The notes: generated by a model from the sequence alone, not told the origin. DNA of 64,000 bases from Candidatus Poriferihabitaceae bacterium (GCA_965221795.1 OZ244914.1:1466030-1530029); one strand, 5' to 3'; numbered from the stretch's first letter, positions 16,419 to 26,512 are shown. Numbers and translations are program-made.

Positions 16419-17345
16419 ACGACCGCGAGGGCGATGTGGTTCAGGGCGGCGTGGTTGGCCGGGGCATGGACGCGGCGGGCGTCCTCGCCCAGGGTGGCAT
16501 CGCGGCGATGGTGGTTGGCATTCTCGACCGGCCAGTGCCCGTGGCTCCAGGCCCGCTTCGCCAGCGCACCCCGCGACCACACGGTCTCCATGCGGTGCTT
16601 GTGTCCCTGGCCGCGGCGGGCGTCCGGCACCTGCGCAAATCAGTCCCGCAGCGAGCGCAGGTCGGTGTGCGCGGACCGCACCGGCACCGCCCGGCACGCC
16701 TATTCGTCGCGGTCCTCCGGGTCCGCGAACCGAGCGCAGCGGCCGCACGAACCTTTCCTTGCGGACGCCATGCGGGCCAAGGTAGCGACCGTGGTGCCGT
16801 GCAAACCCCCGGGTGAGCCCCACCGGAATCCCGTTCGACACCCGGTCGCCGGTGCCGCGGAATCGCGATGGATCCACGAACATCTCGGCCCACTCCAGCG
16901 GATGTCCGTGCCGTACCCACCAGTCCCCGGACCGCCGTTGCCGGCTCTGCCCCAGGATTCGCGACACCAGGTTGGCAATCCCCGACGCCTCCGGTAGCAT
17001 CAGGAACCGTGTGTGGTTGCCAATCCGATGCAGCCGCCGGAACGGCACCGAGCGGTGCCCGCCCAGCCAGCGGTCACGCGGACCACACTGGAATGCTCCC
17101 GACTGCTAGCCCAGCAGTGCCAGCCAATGGCCCCGCCAAACCGCGACCTGCCGCAGGCCACGGCCCGCGAACTGCTTGAATCCGAGGGATATGGTGTGGG
17201 TCCATCAACGCGTCCCAACGCCGGCGCTCGTCCGCCCGTACCGGACGCACTTCTACCTCCCGGACCTGTACTGCGGATGGGTCAAAATCTTCGATCATAG
17301 CCTGCACGATAGACCATCGCAGCGAAAAAGCCAGCCCCATCGCGC
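16419..17345 (-). pseudogene. Composite relic: DUF4338-domain N-terminus plus ISAs1/IS4-like transposase C-terminus, frameshifted and internally deleted
   Basis: Minus frames read ..VEVRPVRADERRRWDALMDPHH.., then ..FRRLHRIGNHTRFLMLPEASGIANLVSRILGQSRQRRSGDWWVRHGHPLEWAEMFVDPSRFRGT.. (DUF4338 pattern), then ..HWPVENANHHRRDATLGEDARRVHAPANHAALNHIALAVV (ISAs1-like tail). Confidence 0.55.
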
Positions 17346-17424
17346 TCAGTCAACCATGGAATCGCTTCCGGCTAGCGTGAAATGGCCCTGATGAGATAAA
17401 TTAAGAAAATGGTTACTTAGGTAT

Positions 17425-18697
17425 ATAGTCGGCCCTGAAAAAAACCTGTTTCAGGTGGCCGCAAGCATCCGCGGTGGGACACTGCCCAACTCGGAGGCCG
17501 GCAGTTTCCATCGCCCCGTCGTTCCCGAGCGTTCCTGGGCCCTCAAAACGTCGAAAATGCGGCCTCCAAGGCCCAAAATCCAGCGACCCAAAAACCGCAG
17601 CGGACGGAGGATCCGCCGCCGGTGGTGACCGGCACCGCACCGCAGTACCTTCCTCCGGTCGCCTTCCCTTCCCTGGAGCCCGTTCCTTCCCAGATGGCCA
17701 TCCGATTTCCGATGCCCGATCACGGGCTCCATCGCCTGCCGGCGTCGCCCCGGATCCAGAGCGGGCTTCCGCGGTGGTCCGTCATCAGGATTCCCCGCCC
17801 GCGCCATCCCGCCCAGGAGGAAGTGGCTCCGGTGGGGGGTGGCCATGCTCCCCTGGACACCGAATTCGTACCGCTGGTGGGCCTTGCCCTTGCGAATACA
17901 CTCGACTTCCGGGGCCTGCCGGCGGGACCGCGGGTTCCGGCCCTTCGGCTCCGGCGCCAGTACCCGCCGGGCCATCGCCCGTTCGTCCGCAACCCCCCGC
18001 TCCCGATCTGGCCTCCCCGCGGTGTTTCGTTCCCGGTCCCGAACCACCCGGCCCAGGTCGGTCCGCAGACTCTTGACCGGACGGTTCATACGGCACCGCT
18101 GCCGGGCCTGGGCAACCCGGTTCGCCCGCCGCCACGCCCGCGGCTTCCCGGTGCCGCTCGTAAGACCGGCATCGATCGTCGCTGGCAGGACCCACTCGGC
18201 CCCGGCCGTCCCGATGCGCGGGCGACACCGCGTCCGGCGGCTCGGGTCGATCGGCGCATGATGCGGGCAATATTCCTCGCCGCAAAAGGACTGCCAGTAC
18301 GGATTCTCCACCCAACCGGCGACCCCCGCCTCGTCCGAGAGTGGGTGCACCTGCTGCAGAGACTCCCGCCCGACCATCCCACGCGTGGGCTGGCCGGGAC
18401 TACCGCGGTCGGGGCCGTACCGCACACCGAAGGTCTCGTCGAATCGGGACCCGTCCAGGATTCCGGCCAGGCGAACCCGCGCGTGGCGCGGATCCAGCCG
18501 GTTTTCCAGGCGATTTCGGAACCGATCGTGGGATTCGGTACCCGCACAGGGTCTGGGGCGCAGGTGGTCATCGGAAATGGCAAGGAAGGGAGCGTCCATG
18601 AGTCCAGATCCGGCCATTGGAATCCATACTTTCAGGGAATATATTCCCGCATATTCAGATCGTGACCGATGAATTTGGGGTTTTTCAGGATCGACTA
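17425..18697 (-). mobile_element. Second IS5-family element (different subgroup), imperfect IRs, no clear TSD
   Basis: Left end tagtcggccctgaaaaaaacc (17425..). Right end read inward tagtcgatcctgaaaaacccc (..18697). It encloses a transposase-like ORF. Confidence 0.7.
17451..18599 (-). pseudogene. IS5 family transposase (DUF772 N-terminus), apparently internally deleted or degenerate
   Basis: Part of track ORF 17451..18830(-), from Met at 18599. MDAPFLAISDDHL..FDETFGVRYGPDRGSPGQPTRGMVG..LSDEAGVAGWVENPYWQSFCGEEY..APEVECIRKGKAHQRYEFGVQGSMAT..EPVIGHRKSDGHLGRNGLQGREGD. The segment that normally carries the first catalytic Asp appears to be missing. Confidence 0.65.
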
Positions 18698-18708
18698 CGT
18701 AACGTGCT

Positions 18709-19641
18709 CTAGTCTTTCCGGGCACCGAAAGCCGCGACGATGCCCGATTTCTCAAAGGTCCCCGCCGTTTCGGCATGATCTGTGCCATAGAAGCGGCCCT
18801 GAATACGATCACCCTCGTCTGTGTGCTCATAGATACCAGTGGGACCGACAGTGACCCCCATGAAGGAAACGCTAGGGACAGAGTGAGCGGTCCCCTCGTC
18901 CAGATTCATGATCTCGGTGAATTCCGCATCCAGCTGACTATTACCATCGGCTATGGTGTAGGTAAGTTCTGCATCGCCCTGCAGCAAGTCGGTCCCGCCT
19001 TGAGGCGCACCAACCATGATGCCTTTCCAGATGGCTCCGCCCGAGGGGCTTGAACCCGTCAGGTCACCACCAGACAAGGCGACCGAGCCGGTCAAGGAGG
19101 CCCCGGACAATTCTCCCTCCAGAGTACCAACCATGAAGCCACCATGGTGCATCCAGGCACCATAAAGGCGGGTGTTGTAGTCGGTCTCCTGTGCCTCGTC
19201 TCCATAGTATAGGGTGGTGATTCCCTGCCGGGTCAGGACAGTTATCACCTCAGCGGGGGGTGCGGCAGCCGCCTGCAGGTCGACGGCATAGGAGAACCCA
19301 ATTGCCGGCACAGAAACAGAACAGTTGGATCCTTGGCACTGCACAGGGACTTGCAGAGGCGACTCACCCAGCCGGCCGAAGATCATGGAAGGAATAATGG
19401 AACCGGAGGATACTGCCTGCATGAGAATGCCCGGAGCCCGCTTTCCCTGATCTGCCACACTTTCCTGAGGCATTTCTGATTGGGTACGTTGGGCCACCTG
19501 ACCGGCATCCAGTTGCCGATACTGTGGGCTTTCTCCCGCCCCACCACCACATCCGACCATAAGCAGCATGCTGCCTGCGGCAACCAAGACCCCGGTCCAT
19601 GGGATACGTTGTGCGGTACTCTGATTTCTGGAATTGTTCAT
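18709..19641 (-). CDS. Lipoprotein with a TbpB/fHbp-like C-terminal beta-barrel (surface-lipoprotein 'handle-barrel' type)
   Basis: Internal ATG of track ORF 18709..19788. MNNSRNQSTAQRIPWTGVLVAAGSMLLMVGCGGG contains a lipobox (LMVGC). The C-terminus ..GDAELTYTIADGNSQLDAEFTEI..GRFYGTDHAETAGTFEKSGIVAAFGARK is typical of the transferrin-binding-protein-like barrel. Confidence 0.65.
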   Translation of the reverse strand: MNNSRNQSTAQRIPWTGVLVAAGSMLLMVGCGGGAGESPQYRQLDAGQVAQRTQSEMPQESVADQGKRAPGILMQAVSSGSIIPSMIFGRLGESPLQVPVQCQGSNCSVSVPAIGFSYAVDLQAAAAPPAEVITVLTRQGITTLYYGDEAQETDYNTRLYGAWMHHGGFMVGTLEGELSGASLTGSVALSGGDLTGSSPSGGAIWKGIMVGAPQGGTDLLQGDAELTYTIADGNSQLDAEFTEIMNLDEGTAHSVPSVSFMGVTVGPTGIYEHTDEGDRIQGRFYGTDHAETAGTFEKSGIVAAFGARKD

Positions 19642-20237
19642 GTCAAATTGTATTGGATCGATATTTTCGTCGGTTGGAGGAAGCCGGTTAGCAAGATCTG
19701 CAAAGGGGCGAACACAGGCTCCCTCATGAATTGCCACCGGACCATCGGACCTGTCGCCAGTCATAACGGACCACCTTATCCTGTGCACGAATGTTTATTG
19801 GCATTGTCCAGTTGCCCGCTGATTCGGCCTCTTTCAGATTATCAATGTATCATATTCATGGAAGGGAAGGGAGTGGTATCGCCTCCCGGATCATCAGGGG
19901 ACGGTGTTGGCAATCGGCAATACGGGCGGACACTGGAGTTCCGTATGCTCGGATTGATCCCTCTCGGGCTGATGCCAAAAGGTGCCTGCGACCCAATCAG
20001 CACCGGACTGAAAACACCGGCCATTGTGACCACCGGATACCATTACCTTTCGGCCCTACCCGGTCCCATCCCAAAAGGCATGATCTTCCGTGAAGCACAA
20101 CGGGGCTGGCTCAAGTGTACTGGAATCCGGGCTGGTTCCATGGCACTATCCGATTACGGTCGTTTGCCGGGATGTCGAGTATTCTACCCTGTTCGGCCGC
20201 GGGTCGTTTGTCCTGCTTTCCACTGGGAGCGAAACCG

Positions 20238-21140
20238 ATGCAATTGGTGACATACAATGCGGGAGAAGGCTGCTTGCCCGGGATTCAGGTAGGAGAGCAG
20301 ATTGTCGACACGCGAACCGCGGCTGGAGTCGTGGGCTGGAGTGGCAGATGGCTGGCGGCAACGGTGAGCAATCGCACACTCCTGTCCCTGCCTGCGGATG
20401 CCCTGACGGAATTGGCTGTAGCCGCAACACAGGGAGCCCGGAATGGCTCCATCCCCGGCGTTCACGCACGGGGCCATGTGGTTCTGGGGCCGCCGGTTCC
20501 GAACCCGGAGAAGATCGTCTGTATCGGCCTCAACTATCATGACCATGCCGAGGAAATCGGTATGGATGCACCGAAAGAGCCGATCTTTTTTGCCAAGTAT
20601 GCGAATTCATTGATCGGTCCTTGGGATACGATTATCCCACCACGCGATACCCGGAAGGTCGACTATGAAGCGGAGCTCGCCGTCGTGATCGGAAAACCGG
20701 GCCGCTATATCCTGGAATCCGACGCCCTGTCGCATGTCGCGGGCGTGATGAACTTTAATGATGTCAGTGCCCGGGACCTGCAAATGGCGAACCCGCTTTG
20801 GACCGGTGGCAAGGCGATTGATACGTTTGCCCCCTGTGGGCCAGCACTCATAACCCTGGACGAAGTCGGTGACCTTCAGGACCTGAGGGTTTGTACCCGG
20901 GTCAATGGTGACCTCTTGCAGGACGGGAGCACGGCCCGGATGATTTTTGGTGTCCGTGCACTCATTGCCTTCCTGTCCCGTATCATGACACTGGTCCCGG
21001 GCGATATTATCGCCACCGGTACCCCGGCAGGTGTTGCCGCTTCCCATGACCCGCCACGGTTTCTTGTCGCCGGCGATCAGGTCGAGGTCACCATTACGGG
21101 GCTCGGCAGTACCGGCAATTCCGTGGGCGATTCGATTTGA
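20238..21140 (+). CDS. Fumarylacetoacetate hydrolase (FAH) family protein
   Basis: Internal ATG of track ORF 20115..21140, with GGGAG 8 nt upstream. ..KIVCIGLNYHDHAEE..PIFFAKYANSLIGP..VDYEAELAVVIGK..GVMNFNDVSARDLQ..GKAIDTFAPCGP..PGDIIATGTPAGV. Confidence 0.85.
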   Translation: MQLVTYNAGEGCLPGIQVGEQIVDTRTAAGVVGWSGRWLAATVSNRTLLSLPADALTELAVAATQGARNGSIPGVHARGHVVLGPPVPNPEKIVCIGLNYHDHAEEIGMDAPKEPIFFAKYANSLIGPWDTIIPPRDTRKVDYEAELAVVIGKPGRYILESDALSHVAGVMNFNDVSARDLQMANPLWTGGKAIDTFAPCGPALITLDEVGDLQDLRVCTRVNGDLLQDGSTARMIFGVRALIAFLSRIMTLVPGDIIATGTPAGVAASHDPPRFLVAGDQVEVTITGLGSTGNSVGDSI

Positions 21141-21158
21141 CCGGCGAGGCATTACGCA

Positions 21159-22106
21159 ATGATTGTGGGATATAGTCGTCGGAACCGGGTATGGTCCGAA
21201 AATCTGCTTCGGGTCTGCTGGGTCCTGTTTTTCACGGTCTGGAGGGCCCTGCCGGCTGATGCCGACCCGTCCCGGCCCTTCGCAGACATCCACACTCATT
21301 ACAATTGGGACCAGCGTGAACTGATCAGCGCCGAGGAAGTGAACCGGCGGCTGAAGCAGGCGAACGTCGCATTTACGGTCATGGCCGGAACACCGTCCAA
21401 ACTGGCTCTGGAAGTGAAGGCTGTGGGAGGAAGCCGGATTCTGGCGTTCTTTTCTCCATATCTCCATGCCTTGGGACGATGGGACTGGCACCGCAACTGG
21501 GAAGTGGTCCGCTTGGCCGAAGCCGGTTTGCGTGAGGGCCTCTATCAGGGAATAGGGGAGATTCATTTCATGGCAGGGTTCCGACCCTCAACCGACAATG
21601 CCATCTTCCGGGAACTTCTCCGGCTGGCCAGGGAATATGAAGTCCCGGTCCTGATTCATCTGGACGCAGGCCAGGAAGGCCCTTTTCGAAATCTCTGCCT
21701 TGCCCATCCCCAAGTGAGGATCATCTTTGCCCATGCCGGCGGCAACCTCTATGCCCACCACATCCGTCGGATACTGGACGTCTGTAACAATGTGCTGGTC
21801 GAATTCTCGGCACGTGACCCCTGGCGTTATGGGGGATTGACCAATACAGAGGGGTTCCTGCTGCCCGAGTGGGTTCGGTTGATCCTTGACTTTCCAAATC
21901 GCTTCGCAACCGGTACGGATCCGGTATGGCGAGTCACCCGCACCCAGTCCTGGGATGAACCGGATGAGGGCTGGGACCACTTCGAAACCTTGCTCGCCTA
22001 TCACCGCAAGTGGTTGAATACATTGCCACCCGAAGTGGAGACGAAGGTTCGTCTGACCAATGCCCGTCGTTTTCTGCGGATACCGGATGAAGCACACCGC
22101 CGGTAA
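21159..22106 (+). CDS. Amidohydrolase-2-type TIM-barrel metal hydrolase with an N-terminal signal-like segment
   Basis: Track ORF. LLRVCWVLFFTVWRALPADA, then DIHTHYNW.. (the HxH metal motif), ..VLIHLD.., ..IIFAHAGG.., ..TGTDP. Confidence 0.65.
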   Translation: MIVGYSRRNRVWSENLLRVCWVLFFTVWRALPADADPSRPFADIHTHYNWDQRELISAEEVNRRLKQANVAFTVMAGTPSKLALEVKAVGGSRILAFFSPYLHALGRWDWHRNWEVVRLAEAGLREGLYQGIGEIHFMAGFRPSTDNAIFRELLRLAREYEVPVLIHLDAGQEGPFRNLCLAHPQVRIIFAHAGGNLYAHHIRRILDVCNNVLVEFSARDPWRYGGLTNTEGFLLPEWVRLILDFPNRFATGTDPVWRVTRTQSWDEPDEGWDHFETLLAYHRKWLNTLPPEVETKVRLTNARRFLRIPDEAHRR

Positions 22107-22122
22107 CCCGTCCGCCATCAAT

Positions 22123-23766
22123 TCATTGATCCAGGAACCGATTGAGGACATTCCGCGTCACCTGCGTCACACCGGAATCATTACGAAGCAGGCCAGCGAC
22201 CCATTCGGTGGTGCCGGCATTGAATACCTGACCCGTGCCCCGGGTAAAGCTGACCACCATGCCTGCCCCCCGGTCCACCTGGGACAAGATATGCGGGTCC
22301 GCGGAGCCATACACCTGACGGGCCACAAAGTACGCATCCGCATCCCCGACAAATCGTGTCTCCTCGTTCCCATCATACCGGTCTTCCCGGAGCCTGGCAA
22401 AGCCGAGGGCGAGTATTTGCAGGTCGTCCGGGAGCGTAGAGCTGGAGATGGGTGTAGGCAACCCATTCTCAATCCGGTATTCCAGCCCATCGACCTCGTA
22501 GCCAAAGATTCGGCTGTTGGCACCGAGGAGATCGCCGTAGCCGAGCCCACAACCCTGCAGTGCCCAATGTTCCGGTCGGAATACTGTAAACCCGCCCGCA
22601 CCATGGCGGGCTAATCCCCCCCAGCCGGCATAGACACCCCGGCTGCCATCCAGGCCAAAGGTGGCATGGCCCGGTCGGTTCACTTCCGGGGACTCCCAGA
22701 TGTTGGTGGTGAGATGGCGGGATGCACTGTGGTACATGGGGTCATCGTCACGGCACCGATACTTGTGGCAAATCTGCGACTGGCCCTCCTCTTCCATCCG
22801 CACCTGCCAGAAAAAATTGCCGGCGAAACGGGCGATACGGCCGCCCTCCTCCACAAACTGGTCGACCGCATCACGCATCTTCCAACTCCAGTACTCATCA
22901 TGGCCGACAATCGTTGCACAACGATAACCGGACAGGATCTCCGGTCGATAATGGAGGTCCAACTGGGTGACCACATCCAGGGAATAGCCCATTACCTCAG
23001 CCCAATGGAAGAAGTGCCGTTCATAGCTTGCCCACCCGGCCGAGGCAAATTTTTTCGAATACCCTCGGTTCCAGGCCCATTCCATATGGGGATACCGCAC
23101 TGGACTACCCATCTCCGGCGGGGATGACGGCAGGGTGCGGGGCGCATCGACCGGCAGGGTGATGAACCCGCGGGCAAACGGACGCAGACGCGACAGTTGG
23201 GCAGAAAACCGGTTGCACTGTGGGTCGACCACACCCTCATAGTGATTGGACCCACCCCAGTCATTATACGCAAGCCAGGTGCAATCTGCGGTAATCAGGA
23301 GTAACCGCTTCGGATTGGGACAGGAGGGTCGAACCACAAAAAGATGCTGTGCGCCACCACCGGGCTCGCGGCGACCGGTCGGTCGAACCGTAATCCGGTA
23401 CACCCCACTTTGCCAACTGGCATCCGTCCTCACCCGGGCCAGTACAGGCCAATGGCAGCCGTGGACAGACGCATCTTGCGGGGTGTCTTCCCAGACTGCC
23501 GGTTGGTGGGCCAGTGTGGTCATGCGGGCACCATTGAGGCCACAGCGTCGAATGTCGATCGTTACCCGGTCTGCAGTGGAAATCCCATACACGAACACGT
23601 CCTCCCCGGGTGAAACCGAAAATGGATCCGTGTAGCACCAGGTTTCGGGAATGTCTCCCGTCCCGTTCGGAAACTCATACCATTGGCGGTCATGAACTGG
23701 CCTGTCCAGTTCTCCCCGAACCAGGACGGTATGGTTTTGCGCATGGCGCATCAGCGATAACGACAT
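22123..23766 (-). CDS. N,N-dimethylformamidase large-subunit-like family protein (function unknown)
   Basis: Internal ATG (MSLSLMRHAQ..) of track ORF 22123..24006. ..SGVYRITVRP..QHLFVVRP..RLLLITADCTWLAYNDWGGSNHY..GHDEYWSWKMRDAVDQFVEEGGRIARFAGNFFWQVR.. is the pattern I associate with DmfA2-like proteins. No small-subunit gene is seen. Confidence 0.6.
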   Translation of the reverse strand: MSLSLMRHAQNHTVLVRGELDRPVHDRQWYEFPNGTGDIPETWCYTDPFSVSPGEDVFVYGISTADRVTIDIRRCGLNGARMTTLAHQPAVWEDTPQDASVHGCHWPVLARVRTDASWQSGVYRITVRPTGRREPGGGAQHLFVVRPSCPNPKRLLLITADCTWLAYNDWGGSNHYEGVVDPQCNRFSAQLSRLRPFARGFITLPVDAPRTLPSSPPEMGSPVRYPHMEWAWNRGYSKKFASAGWASYERHFFHWAEVMGYSLDVVTQLDLHYRPEILSGYRCATIVGHDEYWSWKMRDAVDQFVEEGGRIARFAGNFFWQVRMEEEGQSQICHKYRCRDDDPMYHSASRHLTTNIWESPEVNRPGHATFGLDGSRGVYAGWGGLARHGAGGFTVFRPEHWALQGCGLGYGDLLGANSRIFGYEVDGLEYRIENGLPTPISSSTLPDDLQILALGFARLREDRYDGNEETRFVGDADAYFVARQVYGSADPHILSQVDRGAGMVVSFTRGTGQVFNAGTTEWVAGLLRNDSGVTQVTRNVLNRFLDQ

Positions 23767-23794
23767 GGCAGTGCCGGTCAGTGGAATTCGTGCC

Positions 23795-23811
23795 AAATGT
23801 ACCCTACATTT
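23795..23811. promoter_or_regulatory. 17-bp palindrome in the divergent promoter region
   Basis: aaatgta ccc tacattt (23795-23811). The two arms are perfect reverse complements, centred in the 68-bp gap between divergent starts 23766(-) and 23835(+). Confidence 0.35.
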
Positions 23812-23834
23812 GTCCGAATGCAATTCATGATTCC

Positions 23835-26324
23835 ATGATCCAAATGAACGAAAGGCCTCTTGATGACCTGCGGGTATTGGATCTGGGGCATTATCTTGCT
23901 GGACCGCTGGTCGGAATGATGCTGGCGGATCTCGGGGCCGAGGTGATACGAATTGACCCACCCGGGGGACCGGTATACCGAGAGCCGGTGACCCAAATGC
24001 TGTCACGGGGTAAATCTGCCATAGAGCTGGATCTTAAAACCGGGCATGGGCGGGATAGCTTGCTTGCCTTGGTTGGCAGGTCGGACATACTGATTGAGAA
24101 CTTCCGTCCCGGAGTCATGGACCGGCTCAATCTGGGCTGGGATGTGTTGCAAATGGCCAACGCAAGCCTGATCAGTTTATCATTACCGGGGTTTGCCTCG
24201 ACCGACACCGGTTATCGCCACTTGCCGGCCTGGGAAGCCGTCATCGCGGCCGTGACTGGTCAGTTCACAGACATGGGATTGAACCGGCGGTTGATGGGAG
24301 TCAATCCTTCGTTTACGCCCCTGACGTTGGCATCGGCCTATGGCGCGGCCTTTGGTGCCATGTCCGTGCTGTATGCGATTCGGGTAAGAGGGCAAAATGG
24401 TGGCGACCGGATTGAAGTCCCGTTGGCTTCGGCGCTGCTGGAGGGACTTTCCTACAACTGCGAACGCATTGAGGATTACCCGAGTCGGTACATGTCCCCG
24501 CGGGAACTGGAAATTGCGCGGCGCGAGCGGGAACATCTCCCCCTGAACCTGAATTACCGGCAATTGACTGAACTGCTGGACCCGTTTTATCGCACCTATC
24601 GCTGCGCGGATGGGCGTGGACTGTATGTGGTATCAGGAAGCGTGGTGTCACACCCACGACGAGTACTGGAAACCCTGGGGTTACAGGACCTGCTCCAGGA
24701 GTTGCCGGATTTCGATGCATACCTGGACACCAAGCAGTGGCCAGCTTCATGGAGTTTGCGAAACTACCCAGTGGGCTCTGAGGACCGCGTACGGATTGTT
24801 GCGGCCATGGAGCAGGCGTTCCTGACCCGCCCCGCCCATGAGTGGCAACGCCTGCTGGGCGAGAACAAGGCCCCGGCTGCGGCACAGTGCTGGACCCGGG
24901 AATGGCTCTGTGATCCCCATGCGCTGGCATCGGGACTGATTATAGAAGTGCCTGATGCGGTCCATGGAGCCATGCGACAGATGGGGAATGTCGCCTGGCT
25001 GGGCTCAGACCACACCGCACTGGACAAGTCGCCTGCGCCGGTTGCCGGCAGTAATGCCGGACTGCTGGCACGGATCATGGCAGAATCCCCCCGGGAGTTC
25101 ACCGGAACTGGAAATTCTGCCGGTTGGCTGGACGGCATCCGGGTACTGGATCTCACGAATGTAATTGCCGGACCAACGATTGCCTCCACGATGGCCCGTT
25201 TCGGGGCTCAGGTGACTCATGTGCAGCCCACCAATCCATCGATAGACCCCTGGAATACGGTCGTCTTTGGCGTCCAGGCCAATCGGGGAAAGGAGAGTAT
25301 TCTGCTGGACTTGGGAACGGTAGAAGGCCGCGCTATCCTGGATCAACTCATCGAACAGACGGATGTAGTGACTTTCAATGGGACCGACCGCCAGCGGGAC
25401 CGGCTCGGGCTCAATCCGCAACGCCTGCATGCGATCAAGCCGACATTGATTCTGGCCCAACTGGATGCCTTTGGAGGCCCGGCTCGTGGCCCCCGATCGG
25501 AATATCTCGGCTATGATGATTTGGCTCAGGCCGCGACCGGGGTCATGCTCCGCTTTGGCGGCAGTATGGAGACCCCGGAGGAGCATGCCCATTTCGGAAC
25601 CATTGATGTGTTGACCGGTTATCTGGCCTGTGTCGCAATCGGAGCCGCCTTTCATCGATTGGAACGAACCGGTCAAGGGGATGTCGCCCGGACTTCACTC
25701 GCCGCTGCCGGAAATCTGATCCAGGCACCTTTCATGTTTGATTTCGCGCAGCGAGGACCGTTTGATGAACCTTCCGGGCCTGCGGTGCAGGGGTGGGGCC
25801 CGTACTACCACTGTTATCGGGCGCGGGATGGCTGGATGTTCTTTGCTGCCCCATCAGAACAAGAGGCAGTACTGTCTCGGATTCCAGAACTGGCGGATCT
25901 GGCGGGTTTGCCCGAGGTCAAACTCGGCCCGGCATTGGCCCGCCGATTTGCCAACAGGAACATCGCATACTGGGCCTGCAAGCTGGCTGGCAGTGCTTCG
26001 GCTGCCGTGCCCCTGGCGTCGCTCATGCAGGTTCGGGATGAGGCCTTGCAACGGGAAAGCACGAACGAGATCGACCTGGACCGGGACACCTTTCGGGTAA
26101 TCCGTCATGATCGCCATCCCATGGGACGTTGGGTCGACCTGGTAGCACCCAATGCAGTCCGGTCGCGACAGGGACGGATTCGCATACCGAAACCAATGCC
26201 GAAATATGGTGCACAGACCATCCGAATCTTGCAACGACTGGGGCTGGATCATCAGGCCATTCAGGGGCTGCTGGATGCCGGGGTAGCAAAAGAATCCTGG
26301 TCGGCCCGATACCTCCCGGAATAG
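23835..26324 (+). CDS. Tandem-fused family III (CaiB/BaiF) CoA-transferase, two complete domains in one 829-aa chain
   Basis: Internal ATG of track ORF 23610..26324. Domain 1: LRVLDLGHYLAGPLVGMMLADLGAEVIRIDPP..ILIENFRPGVMDRLNLG. Domain 2: IRVLDLTNVIAGPTIASTMARFGAQVTHVQP..DVVTFNGTDRQRDRLGLN. Confidence 0.8.
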   Translation: MIQMNERPLDDLRVLDLGHYLAGPLVGMMLADLGAEVIRIDPPGGPVYREPVTQMLSRGKSAIELDLKTGHGRDSLLALVGRSDILIENFRPGVMDRLNLGWDVLQMANASLISLSLPGFASTDTGYRHLPAWEAVIAAVTGQFTDMGLNRRLMGVNPSFTPLTLASAYGAAFGAMSVLYAIRVRGQNGGDRIEVPLASALLEGLSYNCERIEDYPSRYMSPRELEIARREREHLPLNLNYRQLTELLDPFYRTYRCADGRGLYVVSGSVVSHPRRVLETLGLQDLLQELPDFDAYLDTKQWPASWSLRNYPVGSEDRVRIVAAMEQAFLTRPAHEWQRLLGENKAPAAAQCWTREWLCDPHALASGLIIEVPDAVHGAMRQMGNVAWLGSDHTALDKSPAPVAGSNAGLLARIMAESPREFTGTGNSAGWLDGIRVLDLTNVIAGPTIASTMARFGAQVTHVQPTNPSIDPWNTVVFGVQANRGKESILLDLGTVEGRAILDQLIEQTDVVTFNGTDRQRDRLGLNPQRLHAIKPTLILAQLDAFGGPARGPRSEYLGYDDLAQAATGVMLRFGGSMETPEEHAHFGTIDVLTGYLACVAIGAAFHRLERTGQGDVARTSLAAAGNLIQAPFMFDFAQRGPFDEPSGPAVQGWGPYYHCYRARDGWMFFAAPSEQEAVLSRIPELADLAGLPEVKLGPALARRFANRNIAYWACKLAGSASAAVPLASLMQVRDEALQRESTNEIDLDRDTFRVIRHDRHPMGRWVDLVAPNAVRSRQGRIRIPKPMPKYGAQTIRILQRLGLDHQAIQGLLDAGVAKESWSARYLPE

Positions 26325-26512
26325 CATCCATTGCCGGACAACCCCGGCAGCAGGTGGTGGATCACTTGATGCCCAGGGACCGCATGGGAATTGTCGGCCA
26401 TACGACAGAATCGATTCCAATAGCATTCTTAAATCGGTCCGGTACCGGAATGATTGCCGGGCATCTACCCACAGCCCTTCCCGGAATTCGATTGTATCGA
26501 GGAGTCGCGACC

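Noticed and set aside
16419-17345. DUF4338 domain as evidence for a Druantia defence system
   Set aside because: It is a frameshifted fragment fused to an ISAs1-like transposase tail, with no DruB-E or large helicase genes nearby. It is interpreted as a mobile-element relic.
19790-20100. Possible cobalamin riboswitch upstream of the lipoprotein gene (minus strand has AGGGA..AATCC and GATGATCCGGGAGGCGATACC, vaguely like the B12 element)
   Set aside because: The diagnostic GCCACTG B12 box and the GGTG..CCCCCGCAACTG core are absent. The similarity is too patchy to call without a covariance-model search.
19480-20250. 256-aa plus-strand ORF spanning the lipoprotein 5' end and the intergenic region
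   Set aside because: It overlaps the well-supported minus-strand lipoprotein start, has no recognisable motifs, and has no ribosome-binding context. Treated as spurious.
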